Shown here: positions 10,349-20,231 of the stretch, piece by piece | Numbering within the stretch: the first letter of the stretch is position 1 | How the letters are laid out: each line of letters begins with the position of its first letter | Origin: Calditrichia bacterium | Lineage (GTDB): Bacteria; Calditrichota; Calditrichia; JAJRVZ01 | Assembly (NCBI GenBank): GCA_963796965.1 | Contig: CAWCNS010000005.1 | Span: forward strand, 96,001-160,000 | DNA length: 64,000 nucleotides | Reading direction: 5' to 3' | The notes under the pieces: generated by a model | Databases searched by the model: none | What the model was told of the DNA's origin: nothing | Seen by the model: only the letters and a program-made list of their open reading frames with translations | Made by a program: the position numbers and the translations under genes

Positions 10349-13300
10349 ATGAAGATTGTAAAATTCTCAATTAATCGTCCGGTAACAGTAACTATGTTTA
10401 TGGTGGCAGCAGTAGTGTTTGGGTATGTCGCTTTTGACCGATTACCCATAAATCTTCTCCCAGACATCTCATATCCCACATTAACAATCCGTACGGAATA
10501 TGAGGGTACGGCGCCAGGTGAAGTTGAAAATCTCATCTCGAAACCTGTTGAAGAAGCCGTTGGGATTATTTCTGGCGTCATTCGTACCAGTTCCATATCA
10601 CGCCCTGGAATTTCAGATGTTGTTATGGAATTCGACTGGGATACCAATATGGATTTTGCCTCATTGGAGGTACGAGAAAAATTGGATATGCTTACGCTTC
10701 CCTTGGGTGCAGAGCCGCCTTTATTACTCCGTTTTGATCCTTCATTGGATCCGATCCTACGCATCGCTCTGGCCGGTGACGAAAGTCTTATTGCCTTAAG
10801 ACTTTTCGCTGAGGAGCGTATTAAGCAGGAACTTGAACCATTAGATGGTGTTGCATCTGTTCAGATCTCTGGTGGCCTGGAAGAGGAAATCCAGATAAAT
10901 ATCAATGAGGGGCGGTTAGCTGCATTAGGAATCTCAATAACCCAGATTACACAGCGAATGGCCCAGGAAAATGTAAATCTTACCGGCGGCATGCTTAAAG
11001 ATGGTGAATCGGAGTATTTGGTCAGAACGTTGAATGAATTCAAAAACCCTGATGAGATGCATGATATTATTGTTGGTATGAATGGGCAAGCACCTATCCA
11101 ATTAAAAGATGTTGCTGACATTCATAAAGGGCATAAAGATCGCAATATTATCACCCACCTTAATAGAAAAGAGGCAGTGGAAATCGCTGTCTATAAGGAA
11201 GCAGATAAAAATACAGTTACTGTTGCACAAACGGTAAAAAATCGTTTAAGACAAGTTATGGAGGAGTTTCAAGAATATAATGTGCCTCTTAACATGACAG
11301 TGGTGAATGACCAGTCTCTTTTTATAGAAAATTCAGTTGATGAAGTATTAAATACGGCCGTATGGGGTGGGATTTTAGCTATTCTGGTTCTTTATTTGTT
11401 TCTTCGGAAAATGAAAAGCACTGTGATAATAAGTTTGACCATACCAATCTCTATTGTTGTAACATTTTTTTTCATGTATTTGTCTAAAGTATCACTAAAT
11501 ATTATGTCTTTGGGAGGATTGGCTTTAGGGGTCGGTATGTTGGTTGATAATGCCATTGTTGTACTTGAATCCATTGACCGATACCGCAGAGGTGATATGT
11601 CACAACAGGAAGCCGCCGACAGAGGAACAACAGAAGTCGGACAAGCTGTTATTGCATCAACATTAACTACTGTATGTGTATTTATACCAATTATTTTTGT
11701 TGAGGGTATCGCTGGTCAACTATTCAATGATCAGGCCCTTACCGTAACATTCTCCTTGATGGCCTCATTAATAGTCGCCTTAACATTAATTCCCATGTTA
11801 TCTTCACGGCAATTACAAGTCGCATCGTCCCGTGAAGTGATCTCCCTGGTCCCTGAGAAGAAAAATAAATTTGAGAAAATTAGAAGTAACGTTTTTGTGC
11901 AAGCACCCGCATCTCTTCTTAATTTTATCGGATTAATTATAACAAAAATCGCTGCTTTCTTAAATCAGATATTAGGTCCTATTTATAGGGCCTTCGATTT
12001 ATCTATGAATCGTCTGACCGAATTTTATCCTAAACTTATTACCTCCATCTTGCAGCATAGATTAATACTATTGACTTCAACTTTAGTTCTATTCATAGTA
12101 TCGGTGTATAGTGTCAGGATTATTGGTACGGAGCTCATTCCAGAGATGAGTCAGGGAGAATTCTTCGTTGATGTTCTTTTACCTATCGGTACCCCTCTTG
12201 AGGAGACTGAGAAAGTGATTTCTGAAATGGCGAATTTGGCGAATGGGGTACCTGGTATCAGAACCGTTTATTCTGTCTCCGGTACTGCTGCTCAAATGGG
12301 CTTTAGTGCTACAGAATTGAGGGAAAATCTTGGCCAGTTACATATTCAATTGGATAACCCAGATGATCGTCAGGGAGAACAACAAATAATGGATCGGTTG
12401 CGAGAGGGATTTGCTGCCTTCCCTGGTATGGAGTATAAGATCTCACGACCAACATTATTTAGTTTTCGAACCCCCATCGAAGTAGAAGTGAGAGGTTATA
12501 ATTTGCAGGAATTGGAGCGGCTCAGTATGAATCTCGCTCAGGAGATGCGTAATATAGAGGGGCTGCGGGATGTTAAGGCCAGCACTGAGGGTGGCAATCC
12601 GGAGGTACAGATCGTTTTCAACCGCCGTCGCCTGGCCCATGCAGGCTTGGATGTGGCCACTATTGGTAATATTATTAGAAACAAAGTAATGGGAGATGTC
12701 TCCACCGAGTTAAACCGGCAAGACCGAAAAGTGGATATTCGTGTACGTGCACGGGAAGAAGATCGCAACAATGTTGATGCTTTGCGGAGGTTAGTAATAG
12801 ATACGGGTGGTCCGGTTCCGATAACATTGTCTGCAGTAGCCGATATTAAACTTGAACGTGGTCCCAGCGAAATTAGACGCATTGATCAGGAACGTGTGGC
12901 CCTGGTAACGGCCAATCTAAAAGGACGTGATCTGGGCAGTGTTTCTCAAGATATACAACAGATAATCGATAAGACCCCACTTCCACCAGATTTCCGTATT
13001 CGTACCGGGGGACAGCAGCGCGAGATGGTCACATCATTTGATAGTATGATTCTGGCGATTGCTTTGGCGATATTCCTTGTATACCTGGTAATGGCATCGC
13101 AGTTTGAATCACTGGTGCAACCCTTTATTATTATGTTTACCATTCCCTTTGCTTTAATTGGGGTAATTTTAACTTTGTTATTAACAGGGACACCCATAAG
13201 CGTCGTTGTTCTAATTGGATTAATCATGTTGGCTGGAATTGTTGTAAATAATGCGATTGTATTAATTGATTATATTAATCAGTTACGTAAAGGCGGCCTG

Positions 13301-13537
13301 CCCAAACGAGAGGCCATTAAGCAAGCCGGACAGGTGCGTCTCCGTCCCATTCTTATGACAACTATTACAACCGTCCTTGGTTTATTACCGATGGCATTAG
13401 GGTTTGGCGAAGGGGCAGAATTACGCACCCCTATGGCTGTTACTGTAATCGGAGGACTGCTTGTGGGAACACTTTTGACCCTGGTTGTAATCCCAACGGT
13501 TTATGATGTTTTGGTTAGAGAGAAAGTCACAGCCTAA
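10349..13537 (+). CDS. RND efflux permease (AcrB/MdtC-like) subunit 2
   Basis: 1062 aa, GMLVDNAIVVLESI, RLRPILMTT. Confidence 0.96.
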   Translation: MKIVKFSINRPVTVTMFMVAAVVFGYVAFDRLPINLLPDISYPTLTIRTEYEGTAPGEVENLISKPVEEAVGIISGVIRTSSISRPGISDVVMEFDWDTNMDFASLEVREKLDMLTLPLGAEPPLLLRFDPSLDPILRIALAGDESLIALRLFAEERIKQELEPLDGVASVQISGGLEEEIQININEGRLAALGISITQITQRMAQENVNLTGGMLKDGESEYLVRTLNEFKNPDEMHDIIVGMNGQAPIQLKDVADIHKGHKDRNIITHLNRKEAVEIAVYKEADKNTVTVAQTVKNRLRQVMEEFQEYNVPLNMTVVNDQSLFIENSVDEVLNTAVWGGILAILVLYLFLRKMKSTVIISLTIPISIVVTFFFMYLSKVSLNIMSLGGLALGVGMLVDNAIVVLESIDRYRRGDMSQQEAADRGTTEVGQAVIASTLTTVCVFIPIIFVEGIAGQLFNDQALTVTFSLMASLIVALTLIPMLSSRQLQVASSREVISLVPEKKNKFEKIRSNVFVQAPASLLNFIGLIITKIAAFLNQILGPIYRAFDLSMNRLTEFYPKLITSILQHRLILLTSTLVLFIVSVYSVRIIGTELIPEMSQGEFFVDVLLPIGTPLEETEKVISEMANLANGVPGIRTVYSVSGTAAQMGFSATELRENLGQLHIQLDNPDDRQGEQQIMDRLREGFAAFPGMEYKISRPTLFSFRTPIEVEVRGYNLQELERLSMNLAQEMRNIEGLRDVKASTEGGNPEVQIVFNRRRLAHAGLDVATIGNIIRNKVMGDVSTELNRQDRKVDIRVRAREEDRNNVDALRRLVIDTGGPVPITLSAVADIKLERGPSEIRRIDQERVALVTANLKGRDLGSVSQDIQQIIDKTPLPPDFRIRTGGQQREMVTSFDSMILAIALAIFLVYLVMASQFESLVQPFIIMFTIPFALIGVILTLLLTGTPISVVVLIGLIMLAGIVVNNAIVLIDYINQLRKGGLPKREAIKQAGQVRLRPILMTTITTVLGLLPMALGFGEGAELRTPMAVTVIGGLLVGTLLTLVVIPTVYDVLVREKVTA

Positions 13538-13539
13538 AG

Positions 13540-13612
13540 GTCATCCTGTATGGATCTTTCTTCTTACTTGCAGAAAGTGTACTTTAAAGTAGGAAGATCC
13601 CTTCGGGATGAC
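13540..13612. repeat. GTCATCC...GGATGAC inverted-repeat element
   Basis: GTCATCCTGTATGGATCTTTCT ... AGGAAGATCCCTTCGGGATGAC; a similar element lies at 31259-31327. Confidence 0.75.
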
Positions 13613-13685
13613 AAACAAATTTATATTTATTTTGTGTAAATCTTCTTGTTTCTTCGTGGTAAAGGGTTAGTCAATTGAGCGAAGG

Positions 13686-14087
13686 TCAAAAGTATCTTGC
13701 CAACTCCAATCTCAAGTGTGTATCATTGCGGAATATATAAAAATTGTTGGTGTCGGTAACTTTACCGAATCCGCGTAATTCGAAATTTAACTTCCAATAA
13801 TTACCAAGACGGCGACTTGCTTCGATAGTTAGAAACATGCTACCATTTTTTGAATTAACGATTCAGCCCTCCATCCCAACCAACATACATTTCTGGCTTG
13901 AGAACCAAAGAGAAACCGGTACCTGCTTGTTGTTCATCAATCGGTTCTTGAGGAAAAACCGCATTTCAGTTGATGCAAAGCCTGAGATCTCCTGACTAAC
14001 TGATGTTGATGAATAAAGCAAGAAAGCAAATAGTGCTATCCCAATATTATCGACATCTATCCAACAACTATAAACCTCATCTGGCAC
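13686..14087 (-). pseudogene. Internally deleted outer-membrane protein gene
   Basis: Signal peptide plus EISGFASTEMRFF/PQEPIDEQQAGTGFSLVLKPEMYVGWD joined out of frame to a C-terminus EASRRLGNYWKLNFELRGF...RNDTHLRLELARYF*. Confidence 0.65.
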
Positions 14088-14249
14088 GTTTTAAACTGTT
14101 TTGATTGAAATCACTCTCGGTCAAACCAGTTGAAAATTCTAGGTAACAAAATACTTAAATCACTTTTAAAATAAATGAAACTTGTATTCCTGGCTGTTTT
14201 TACATTATTTTAGGAGACTTAAATTTTTGTTGATAAATGGAGGTAGGGG

Positions 14250-15278
14250 ATGACTGCAATTAAACGTGTAAGACCACTGGGTTTTACCTGGGAGACCAAT
14301 GATCCGTTTCTTTTTAGTGTGCATCATTTGGATACCTATCCAAAAGGAAATGATGAAATGGGGCCGGTGGCTTCCTTGTCCGGACGGAATATGGGGCAGG
14401 ATTTTGAACCGAAGGATGGTTGGCGCATGTATCATGGGATGACCGTTCCAGGTTTCCCCATGCATCCCCATCGTGGTTTTGAAACGGTAACTGTCGTTCT
14501 GGAAGGATTTGTTGATCACTCTGATTCGCATGGTGCGTCTGGACGTTATGGAAATGGTGATGTGCAATGGATGACGGCCGGTTCAGGATTGCAGCATGCG
14601 GAGATGTTTCCATTGCTTAACAAAGAAGGGGACAATTCTCTCCATCTTTTTCAGATCTGGTTGAATCTACCCAAAGCTAAAAAATTTGCTGAACCCCATT
14701 ATAAAATGCTATGGTCAGATATGATTCCAAGAATTGATGCAATGGATACTCGGGGCAAGAAAACGGAAATTATTCTAATTGCCGGTCAGATCGCAGATGC
14801 ACAAGCACCGTCGCCAGCCCCCGATTCATGGGCTGCAGATCCTGAGAATGAGGTTGGGATTTGGATTATAAAAATGGCTCCCAAGGCTCAATGGATATTG
14901 CCGGCAGCCAGCCAACCCTTGAACAGAACGCTTTATTTTTATGAAGGATCCTCTGTAAAAGTTGCGGGGAGTGATATTAGTGCAAATAATGCTATTGATT
15001 TATTGGTTGATCAGGATCTGATATTAGAAAACGGGGAAAAAGAAGCAGAGTTTCTTGTATTACAAGGTAGGCCAATTGATGAACCGGTGGCTCAATATGG
15101 ACCGTTTGTAATGAATACACAGGGTGAGATCCGTAATGCCTTTGAGGATTATCGTAAAAGTCAATTTGGCGGCTGGCCCTGGGATAAATCTGACCCCGTT
15201 CACGGTCCTTCCAAAAGAAGGTTTGCCAGATATTCGGATGGAAAAGAGGAAACAAGATCGGCTGGTTCTGATTTTTAG
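14250..15278 (+). CDS. Pirin family protein
   Basis: FPMHPHRGFETVT, WMTAGSGLQHAE, YGPFVMN. Confidence 0.95.
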   Translation: MTAIKRVRPLGFTWETNDPFLFSVHHLDTYPKGNDEMGPVASLSGRNMGQDFEPKDGWRMYHGMTVPGFPMHPHRGFETVTVVLEGFVDHSDSHGASGRYGNGDVQWMTAGSGLQHAEMFPLLNKEGDNSLHLFQIWLNLPKAKKFAEPHYKMLWSDMIPRIDAMDTRGKKTEIILIAGQIADAQAPSPAPDSWAADPENEVGIWIIKMAPKAQWILPAASQPLNRTLYFYEGSSVKVAGSDISANNAIDLLVDQDLILENGEKEAEFLVLQGRPIDEPVAQYGPFVMNTQGEIRNAFEDYRKSQFGGWPWDKSDPVHGPSKRRFARYSDGKEETRSAGSDF

Positions 15279-15301
15279 AGCCAGCCTTATTTTTATTCAT
15301 T

Positions 15302-15799
15302 CTACCAGAACATTGTCCCCGCCTCGCCTTTGAAGGGTCCAACAATATTGTTGGTTATCCAACCACCGTAAAATCCACCTGGTTGGGATTTGGCCTTTTC
15401 TCCATTTACAAGACAAGCATCCATTGGCTCAGGGTAAAAGGCAAGATAATTTTTTATTTCAGCAAATGCGGGATAAGGATTAGGGTAATACCAGGCAACT
15501 TTTCTGATTCTTTTTCCTTTAATATCTATAGAAAAGTAATGAGCCAAACCCTTCCATTCGCAAAGAGTATGTCCTTTATCATCTAACAGATATTTCATTT
15601 GTATATCATCAGGTGGAATATAATAAACAGGGGGGTGACTGCTCTCCAAGACCCGGTATGTACTCGTGGAGTCGGCTATCAGAACTTTATTAAAGATTAT
15701 TTTAATTTGTGCGTTCGTCTTTTCCAGCCGTGGCGGGCGCGGGTAATCCCATACAGACTCCTGGCCTGGCTTGGGTTCTATTCGTTTTTGGATATTCAA
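15302..15799 (-). CDS. DUF427 domain protein
   Basis: ESVWDYPRPP, ESSHPPVYYIP, CEWKG, FYGGWIT; start uncertain. Confidence 0.9.
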   Translation of the reverse strand: MNIQKRIEPKPGQESVWDYPRPPRLEKTNAQIKIIFNKVLIADSTSTYRVLESSHPPVYYIPPDDIQMKYLLDDKGHTLCEWKGLAHYFSIDIKGKRIRKVAWYYPNPYPAFAEIKNYLAFYPEPMDACLVNGEKAKSQPGGFYGGWITNNIVGPFKGEAGTMFW

Positions 15800-15932
15800 T
15801 TATTACCTCAGATATAATTACTAGTCTATAAAAGGTAACATTGAAAATTTTCAGAACATTCCAATTTTATTAGAAGCGATCCAAATTGTATTACAATATA
15901 ATTTTCTGGTCACACTACCAGGAAGGTATCAC

Positions 15933-16848
15933 CTAATCAAACAATTCATCAACGGAAAGATATCTTTCACCCGTATCATAGCAAAAAGTCAGTATTGTGG
16001 AACCAGATGGAATATCCTGGATTTTTTTGGCTACAGCGGCTAAAGAGGCGCCTGTAGATATCCCGACAAGGATACCTTCCTCTTTTGCACAACGGGAAGC
16101 AAAACTAAACGCTTCATCCTTTCCAACCTGTATACTCCCGTCGAGTAAGTCTGTTTTTAAATTCTTGGGGATAAATCCGGCACCGATCCCCTGAAGTGGA
16201 TGTGGGCCTGGATTGCCACCGCTAATCACGGGAGAAAGTTCAGGTTCAACAGCAAGCACTTTTAGTTGATTGAATTCAGCCTTCAGAATTTCCGCACAAC
16301 CAGAAATATGTCCTCCTGTTCCGACACCGGTTATCAGATAATCCAAGCCATCGGGAAAGTCAGCAAGAATCTCTTTTGCTGTGAATCGTCTATGAGCTTC
16401 GATATTGGCATCATTGTCAAACTGCATGGGCATCCATGAGTTTGGTGTCTCTGCGGCCAGTTCATTTGCCCGTTCAATGGCCCCATTCATACCCTTTCTC
16501 CCGCGGTGTTAATTCAAACTGAGCGCCATAGGCAGACATAAGGCGACGACGCTCGATGGACATGGATTCCGGCATGACCAGGATAAGTTTATAGTTTTTT
16601 ACGGCGGCAACCATGGCAAGACCAACACCTGTATTACCTGAGGTTGGCTCTATGATTACGCTGTCTTTGTTTAACAATCCCTTCTCTTCCGCATCTTCAA
16701 TCATGGTTAAGGCTATGCGGTCCTTGATGCTGCCACCGGGATTCTTTCGCTCTAACTTCATCCAGACATTGGCTTTTTCGCCAAATAACTTGTTCAATTT
16801 TATATGTGGTGTATTTCCGATGTCCTGCAAAATATTATTTATATTCAT
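15933..16848 (-). CDS. cysK: Cysteine synthase A (split by a frameshift near 16490)
   Basis: [43 protein letters not shown]. Confidence 0.95.
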
Positions 16849-16860
16849 TATGTCCCCTCA

Positions 16861-17700
16861 TTATATACTGAAGTTGATTGGTTCTGAACCTGTGTTTTTT
16901 GTTCGCACATTGGTTTCACTTTTTTGATAAACGATTGAAAAAGGTGCAACGCTTTTAGTTAGCCAAACATTTCCCCCTATAATGCTATCGTGTCCAATAA
17001 CTGTATCTCCTCCCAGAATAGTAGCATTTGAATATATAATAACATTATCTTCAATTGTCGGGTGTCGTTTGTTCTCTCGCTTATCTTTCGACACACTTAA
17101 AGCGCCAAGTGTTACACCCTGATACACTTTGACATTATCTCCGATAAGTGTTGTTTCACCTACTACCACACCTGTACCATGATCAATAAAAAATGATTTA
17201 CCAATAGTGGCACCCGGATGAATATCAATTCCGGTCCGAAAATGCGCATACTCGGTCAAGAGTCTGGGAAAAATCGGGATTCCCAATTTATAAAATTCAT
17301 GGGCTATACGATAGGTATAGATGGCAAAGAATCCTGGATAAGCTGAGATCACCTCATCAACACTCTCCGACGCTGGATCCCCTTCATGTATGGCTATAGC
17401 ATCCAAACTTAGATTTTTATAAATATCAGGAATTTGTTCGAAAAAATAATCTGTTAAGGTGTCTAACTTTTCTGATTCTGCCGATTCCTGCAAATAAAGA
17501 ATCTTTTTTAAATCTCTTTGAAGCAGGTCAAATTTTCCCTGAATTTCGGGAGCAGCAAAGTACTCATACTCGCCATAGAAATGTGGAAATAATAGTTCAA
17601 TCAAGTCATCCGCGAATTTTTCCACCTTTGGTTTTGGTGGAAAAACAGTTGCATGAGAATGTCTTATTTCTAATAATTGTTCAGCAAATTTTTTATCCAT
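16861..17700 (-). CDS. cysE: Serine O-acetyltransferase
   Basis: DIHPGATIG, IDHGTG, YQGVTLG, KRHPTI; ATG at 17700 preceded by a GGAGA RBS. Confidence 0.94.
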   Translation of the reverse strand: MDKKFAEQLLEIRHSHATVFPPKPKVEKFADDLIELLFPHFYGEYEYFAAPEIQGKFDLLQRDLKKILYLQESAESEKLDTLTDYFFEQIPDIYKNLSLDAIAIHEGDPASESVDEVISAYPGFFAIYTYRIAHEFYKLGIPIFPRLLTEYAHFRTGIDIHPGATIGKSFFIDHGTGVVVGETTLIGDNVKVYQGVTLGALSVSKDKRENKRHPTIEDNVIIYSNATILGGDTVIGHDSIIGGNVWLTKSVAPFSIVYQKSETNVRTKNTGSEPINFSI

Positions 17701-17712
17701 AGGATTCTCCCC

Positions 17713-17746
17713 AAAAAAATCCGCTACCTGGAACAGGAGCAGATTT
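17713..17746 (-). terminator. Intrinsic terminator (attenuator) in the cysE 5' leader
   Basis: Minus strand AAATCTGCT CCTG TTC CAGG T AGCGGATTT TTTT, ending just before the cysE RBS. Confidence 0.8.
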
Positions 17747-17786
17747 ACAATATCTAGTTTTGCCAATAAATTTCCGACTTTATGTA

Positions 17787-17867
17787 TCAGGTAAACGACG
17801 GCCTGAGACAACAACAATACATACTCAAATTTGGTAGGATGAGAGTTTTATGTTGGAATGCGATCAT
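17787..17867 (-). CDS. Cys-rich leader peptide MIAFQHKTLILPNLSMYCCCLRPSFT
   Basis: 26-codon ORF with TGT TGT TGT at 17808-17816; alternative start ATG at 17822 (MYCCCLRPSFT). Confidence 0.8.
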   Translation of the reverse strand: MIAFQHKTLILPNLSMYCCCLRPSFT

Positions 17868-17903
17868 TTCTTGATTTTAAAGAGTTGGTCTCAATCTGCT
17901 GGA

Positions 17904-17932
17904 AATTTAATACGGACAATTTCTGATGTCAA
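17904..17932 (-). promoter_or_regulatory. Sigma70-type promoter of leader-cysE-cysK
   Basis: Minus strand TTGACA-N17-TAAATT. Confidence 0.75.
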
Positions 17933-18018
17933 ACATGAGCCCTTTCAGGGTCTATTCTTGTATCTATATCATAACATCCTTAGGTTTATAATATTAGTCA
18001 TAATGTAGCGGGAGTATT

Positions 18019-19311
18019 ATGTCCACAAATTATTATTGTATCAGTGACCTTCATATAGGTGGCGACGAAGCACTTGGTGTTTGCGATTTTGAAGCGGAAT
18101 TAATTGGATTTATGGAGGAGATTAAAAAGCGTGAAAATAAGGCAGAACTCATCATCGTTGGTGATGCCTTTGGTTTATGGGAGTTTACTCAGGTTGAGGG
18201 TTTGGAAAAACTCAATAAATTAATAGAGCAATTCCCCCGTATTTTCGAAGTTTTTCGCAAGACCGGGGATCATATAAAGATTACACTTCTTCCTGGCAAC
18301 CATGATTATGAGATCGCTTGTTACCCTGAATTTGTTGAAATTTTTAAAGCTTATAACATTTCACTCGAGAGAACTCCTGCTATCTTGCGTGATCTTGGAA
18401 GCAAAAAGATTTGGATAGAGCATGGAAATCAGCATGATGCAGCCAACCGGATGCCGGATTATGGCAATCCTTATGCGATGCCAATTGGCTATTTTATTAC
18501 GAGTAATATGGTTGGTACTGCCGGACAGCTCTCGGAAAAAGGTCGTCATAACTGGTTAAAGGATATCCAATCGGTCTATCCAACTGAGCTGGTACCAGAC
18601 TGGGTATTATCAAACTATTTTTACAAGGAAATGAGCCCATTGTTACGCTGGTTGGCACTTCCTTTTCTTCTACTATCAGGATTGACGATGTTTGTGTTAG
18701 GTGGTGCCGCTCTCGAATATTTTAATATGACCGGTTCTAATATTTTTCTGGATAATAAGATCTTTAATTCTATGGGAATTGTTGGTAGCCTCTTCCAGAA
18801 TATCCTGACTATAAATGCAGTGTTATTTCTTATTTTTCTCGTTTTATCAATTCCACTATTTTTTATATTTAGAGATTTGAAAAAGACGTTGAAACGATTT
18901 GGTATTGAATTAGATCCGGCAGAATTAACCGGAGAAAAAGAGGATCTATATCTTAAAGCTGCACAACAGGTGTTTGACGATCATATGGATGTGGTAGCAT
19001 TTATCTACGGTCATACACATGTACCCTCTCTCAGACGGGAGGGAGAGCAGGTTGTAATAAACACTGGGACATGGTTAAAGAAATTTGAGCGAATTGCCCC
19101 CCGTTTTGGATTCCTGCCAGCCATATATGTTCCTTCTTTTTGTCTGAACTATTTCAAGTTAGGTACCAATGATGGAAATATTGAAATTGAGTATCACAAG
19201 ATAAATAAATCAGCCCCTGAGGACCTAACATTTGTGCAGCGGATGTTGGTCTCGCGAAAACACAGAAAAAAAATGACAGAAATAGCAAAGAGTACTGTGC
19301 TGAAAGTATAA
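18019..19311 (+). CDS. Metallophosphoesterase with internal transmembrane segments
   Basis: SDLHIG, GDAF, PGNHD, EHG, YGHTH, NTGTW. Confidence 0.88.
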   Translation: MSTNYYCISDLHIGGDEALGVCDFEAELIGFMEEIKKRENKAELIIVGDAFGLWEFTQVEGLEKLNKLIEQFPRIFEVFRKTGDHIKITLLPGNHDYEIACYPEFVEIFKAYNISLERTPAILRDLGSKKIWIEHGNQHDAANRMPDYGNPYAMPIGYFITSNMVGTAGQLSEKGRHNWLKDIQSVYPTELVPDWVLSNYFYKEMSPLLRWLALPFLLLSGLTMFVLGGAALEYFNMTGSNIFLDNKIFNSMGIVGSLFQNILTINAVLFLIFLVLSIPLFFIFRDLKKTLKRFGIELDPAELTGEKEDLYLKAAQQVFDDHMDVVAFIYGHTHVPSLRREGEQVVINTGTWLKKFERIAPRFGFLPAIYVPSFCLNYFKLGTNDGNIEIEYHKINKSAPEDLTFVQRMLVSRKHRKKMTEIAKSTVLKV

Positions 19312-19491
19312 CCTTGAATAGTCCTTGTTGATTTCTGGGAAACCTCGAGAATGTCTTTATATCACGAAGAGCCACAAAGGCATAAAGAAGAGCACGAAAT
19401 ATATTTACCTGATTAAAAATCCTACTTGTTCAAGATGTATCCTAATTTATAACAATCCTCATAATGAGGCCTAATTGAGGAATTGGACCCC

Positions 19492-19538
19492 TTGATTTAA
19501 CTTCGGATTATTCTTACATTTCGCCATATAACGAAATG
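19492..19538 (+). promoter_or_regulatory. ars operon promoter with overlapping ArsR operator
   Basis: TTGATT-N17-TACATT; palindrome CATTTCG-N8-CGAAATG at 19517-19538. Confidence 0.7.
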
Positions 19539-19539
19539 A

Positions 19540-19893
19540 ATGAATAGAATGAGAAAATTAACTAAAATTTTTCAGGCCTTATCAGACACAAATCGTATTC
19601 GGATATTAAAAATGTTGGAGGTGCGACCGCTTTGTGTCTGTGAAATTACAGAAGTACTACAACTGGCAAATTCGACCGTCTCAAAACACTTATCTATCCT
19701 GCGTGAGGCGGAATTTATTTTGGATGAAAAAGAAGGTAAATGGGTAAATTATTACCTGAATGACTCAAAAGAAAATGAATTCACAACAAAATTATTACCT
19801 CTCATTGCCGATTGGATGCCTGACGATAAACGCATCTCCGAAGACCGAAAAAAGGTGAACACCGTTGATCGAAATATCATATGTGGTGGTTAG
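19540..19893 (+). CDS. arsR: ArsR/SmtB family metalloregulator
   Basis: FQALSDTNRIRIL, LCVCEI, STVSKHL, GKWVNY. Confidence 0.92.
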   Translation: MNRMRKLTKIFQALSDTNRIRILKMLEVRPLCVCEITEVLQLANSTVSKHLSILREAEFILDEKEGKWVNYYLNDSKENEFTTKLLPLIADWMPDDKRISEDRKKVNTVDRNIICGG

Positions 19894-19905
19894 TATGAAA
19901 AGACA

Positions 19906-20165
19906 AACACAAAGTTCTCAAAGTTGGCACAAAGGTCACAAAGTTTAAAAGTAATTAGAAATGCTGAATTATGAATGATGAGTTTAATAAAGGAAAAATT
20001 CAAACATTTACTAAATAGTCCTCATTATTTTTGGATTTTTAAACGTTCATGTTTTTTCGTATTGATCATGGAATCCTAAGATTTTAATTTTCTATCTAGT
20101 TCATAGATGAAATAAAAACTTTATCAACTCTGTGAACTTTGTGCCTTCTTTGAGTCCTTTGTGGT
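19906..20165. repeat. Gene-less inverted-repeat element with CACAAAG-type arms
   Basis: Arm 19906-19945 versus reverse complement of 20126-20165, 33/40 identical; heptamer runs inside. Confidence 0.8.
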
Positions 20166-20231
20166 AAAAAATAGCGATTTTGCAGAAATAAAATATTAGA
20201 TATTTGATGAAAATGAAAATGGAAATCAAGA

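Noticed and set aside
7259..13227. Many antisense or overlapping short ORFs within the RND genes and elsewhere
   Set aside because: Shadow frames of well-supported genes, with no motifs
17701..17817. 39-aa N-terminal extension of CysE given by the ORF track
   Set aside because: The region holds the terminator and leader, and a good RBS precedes ATG 17700
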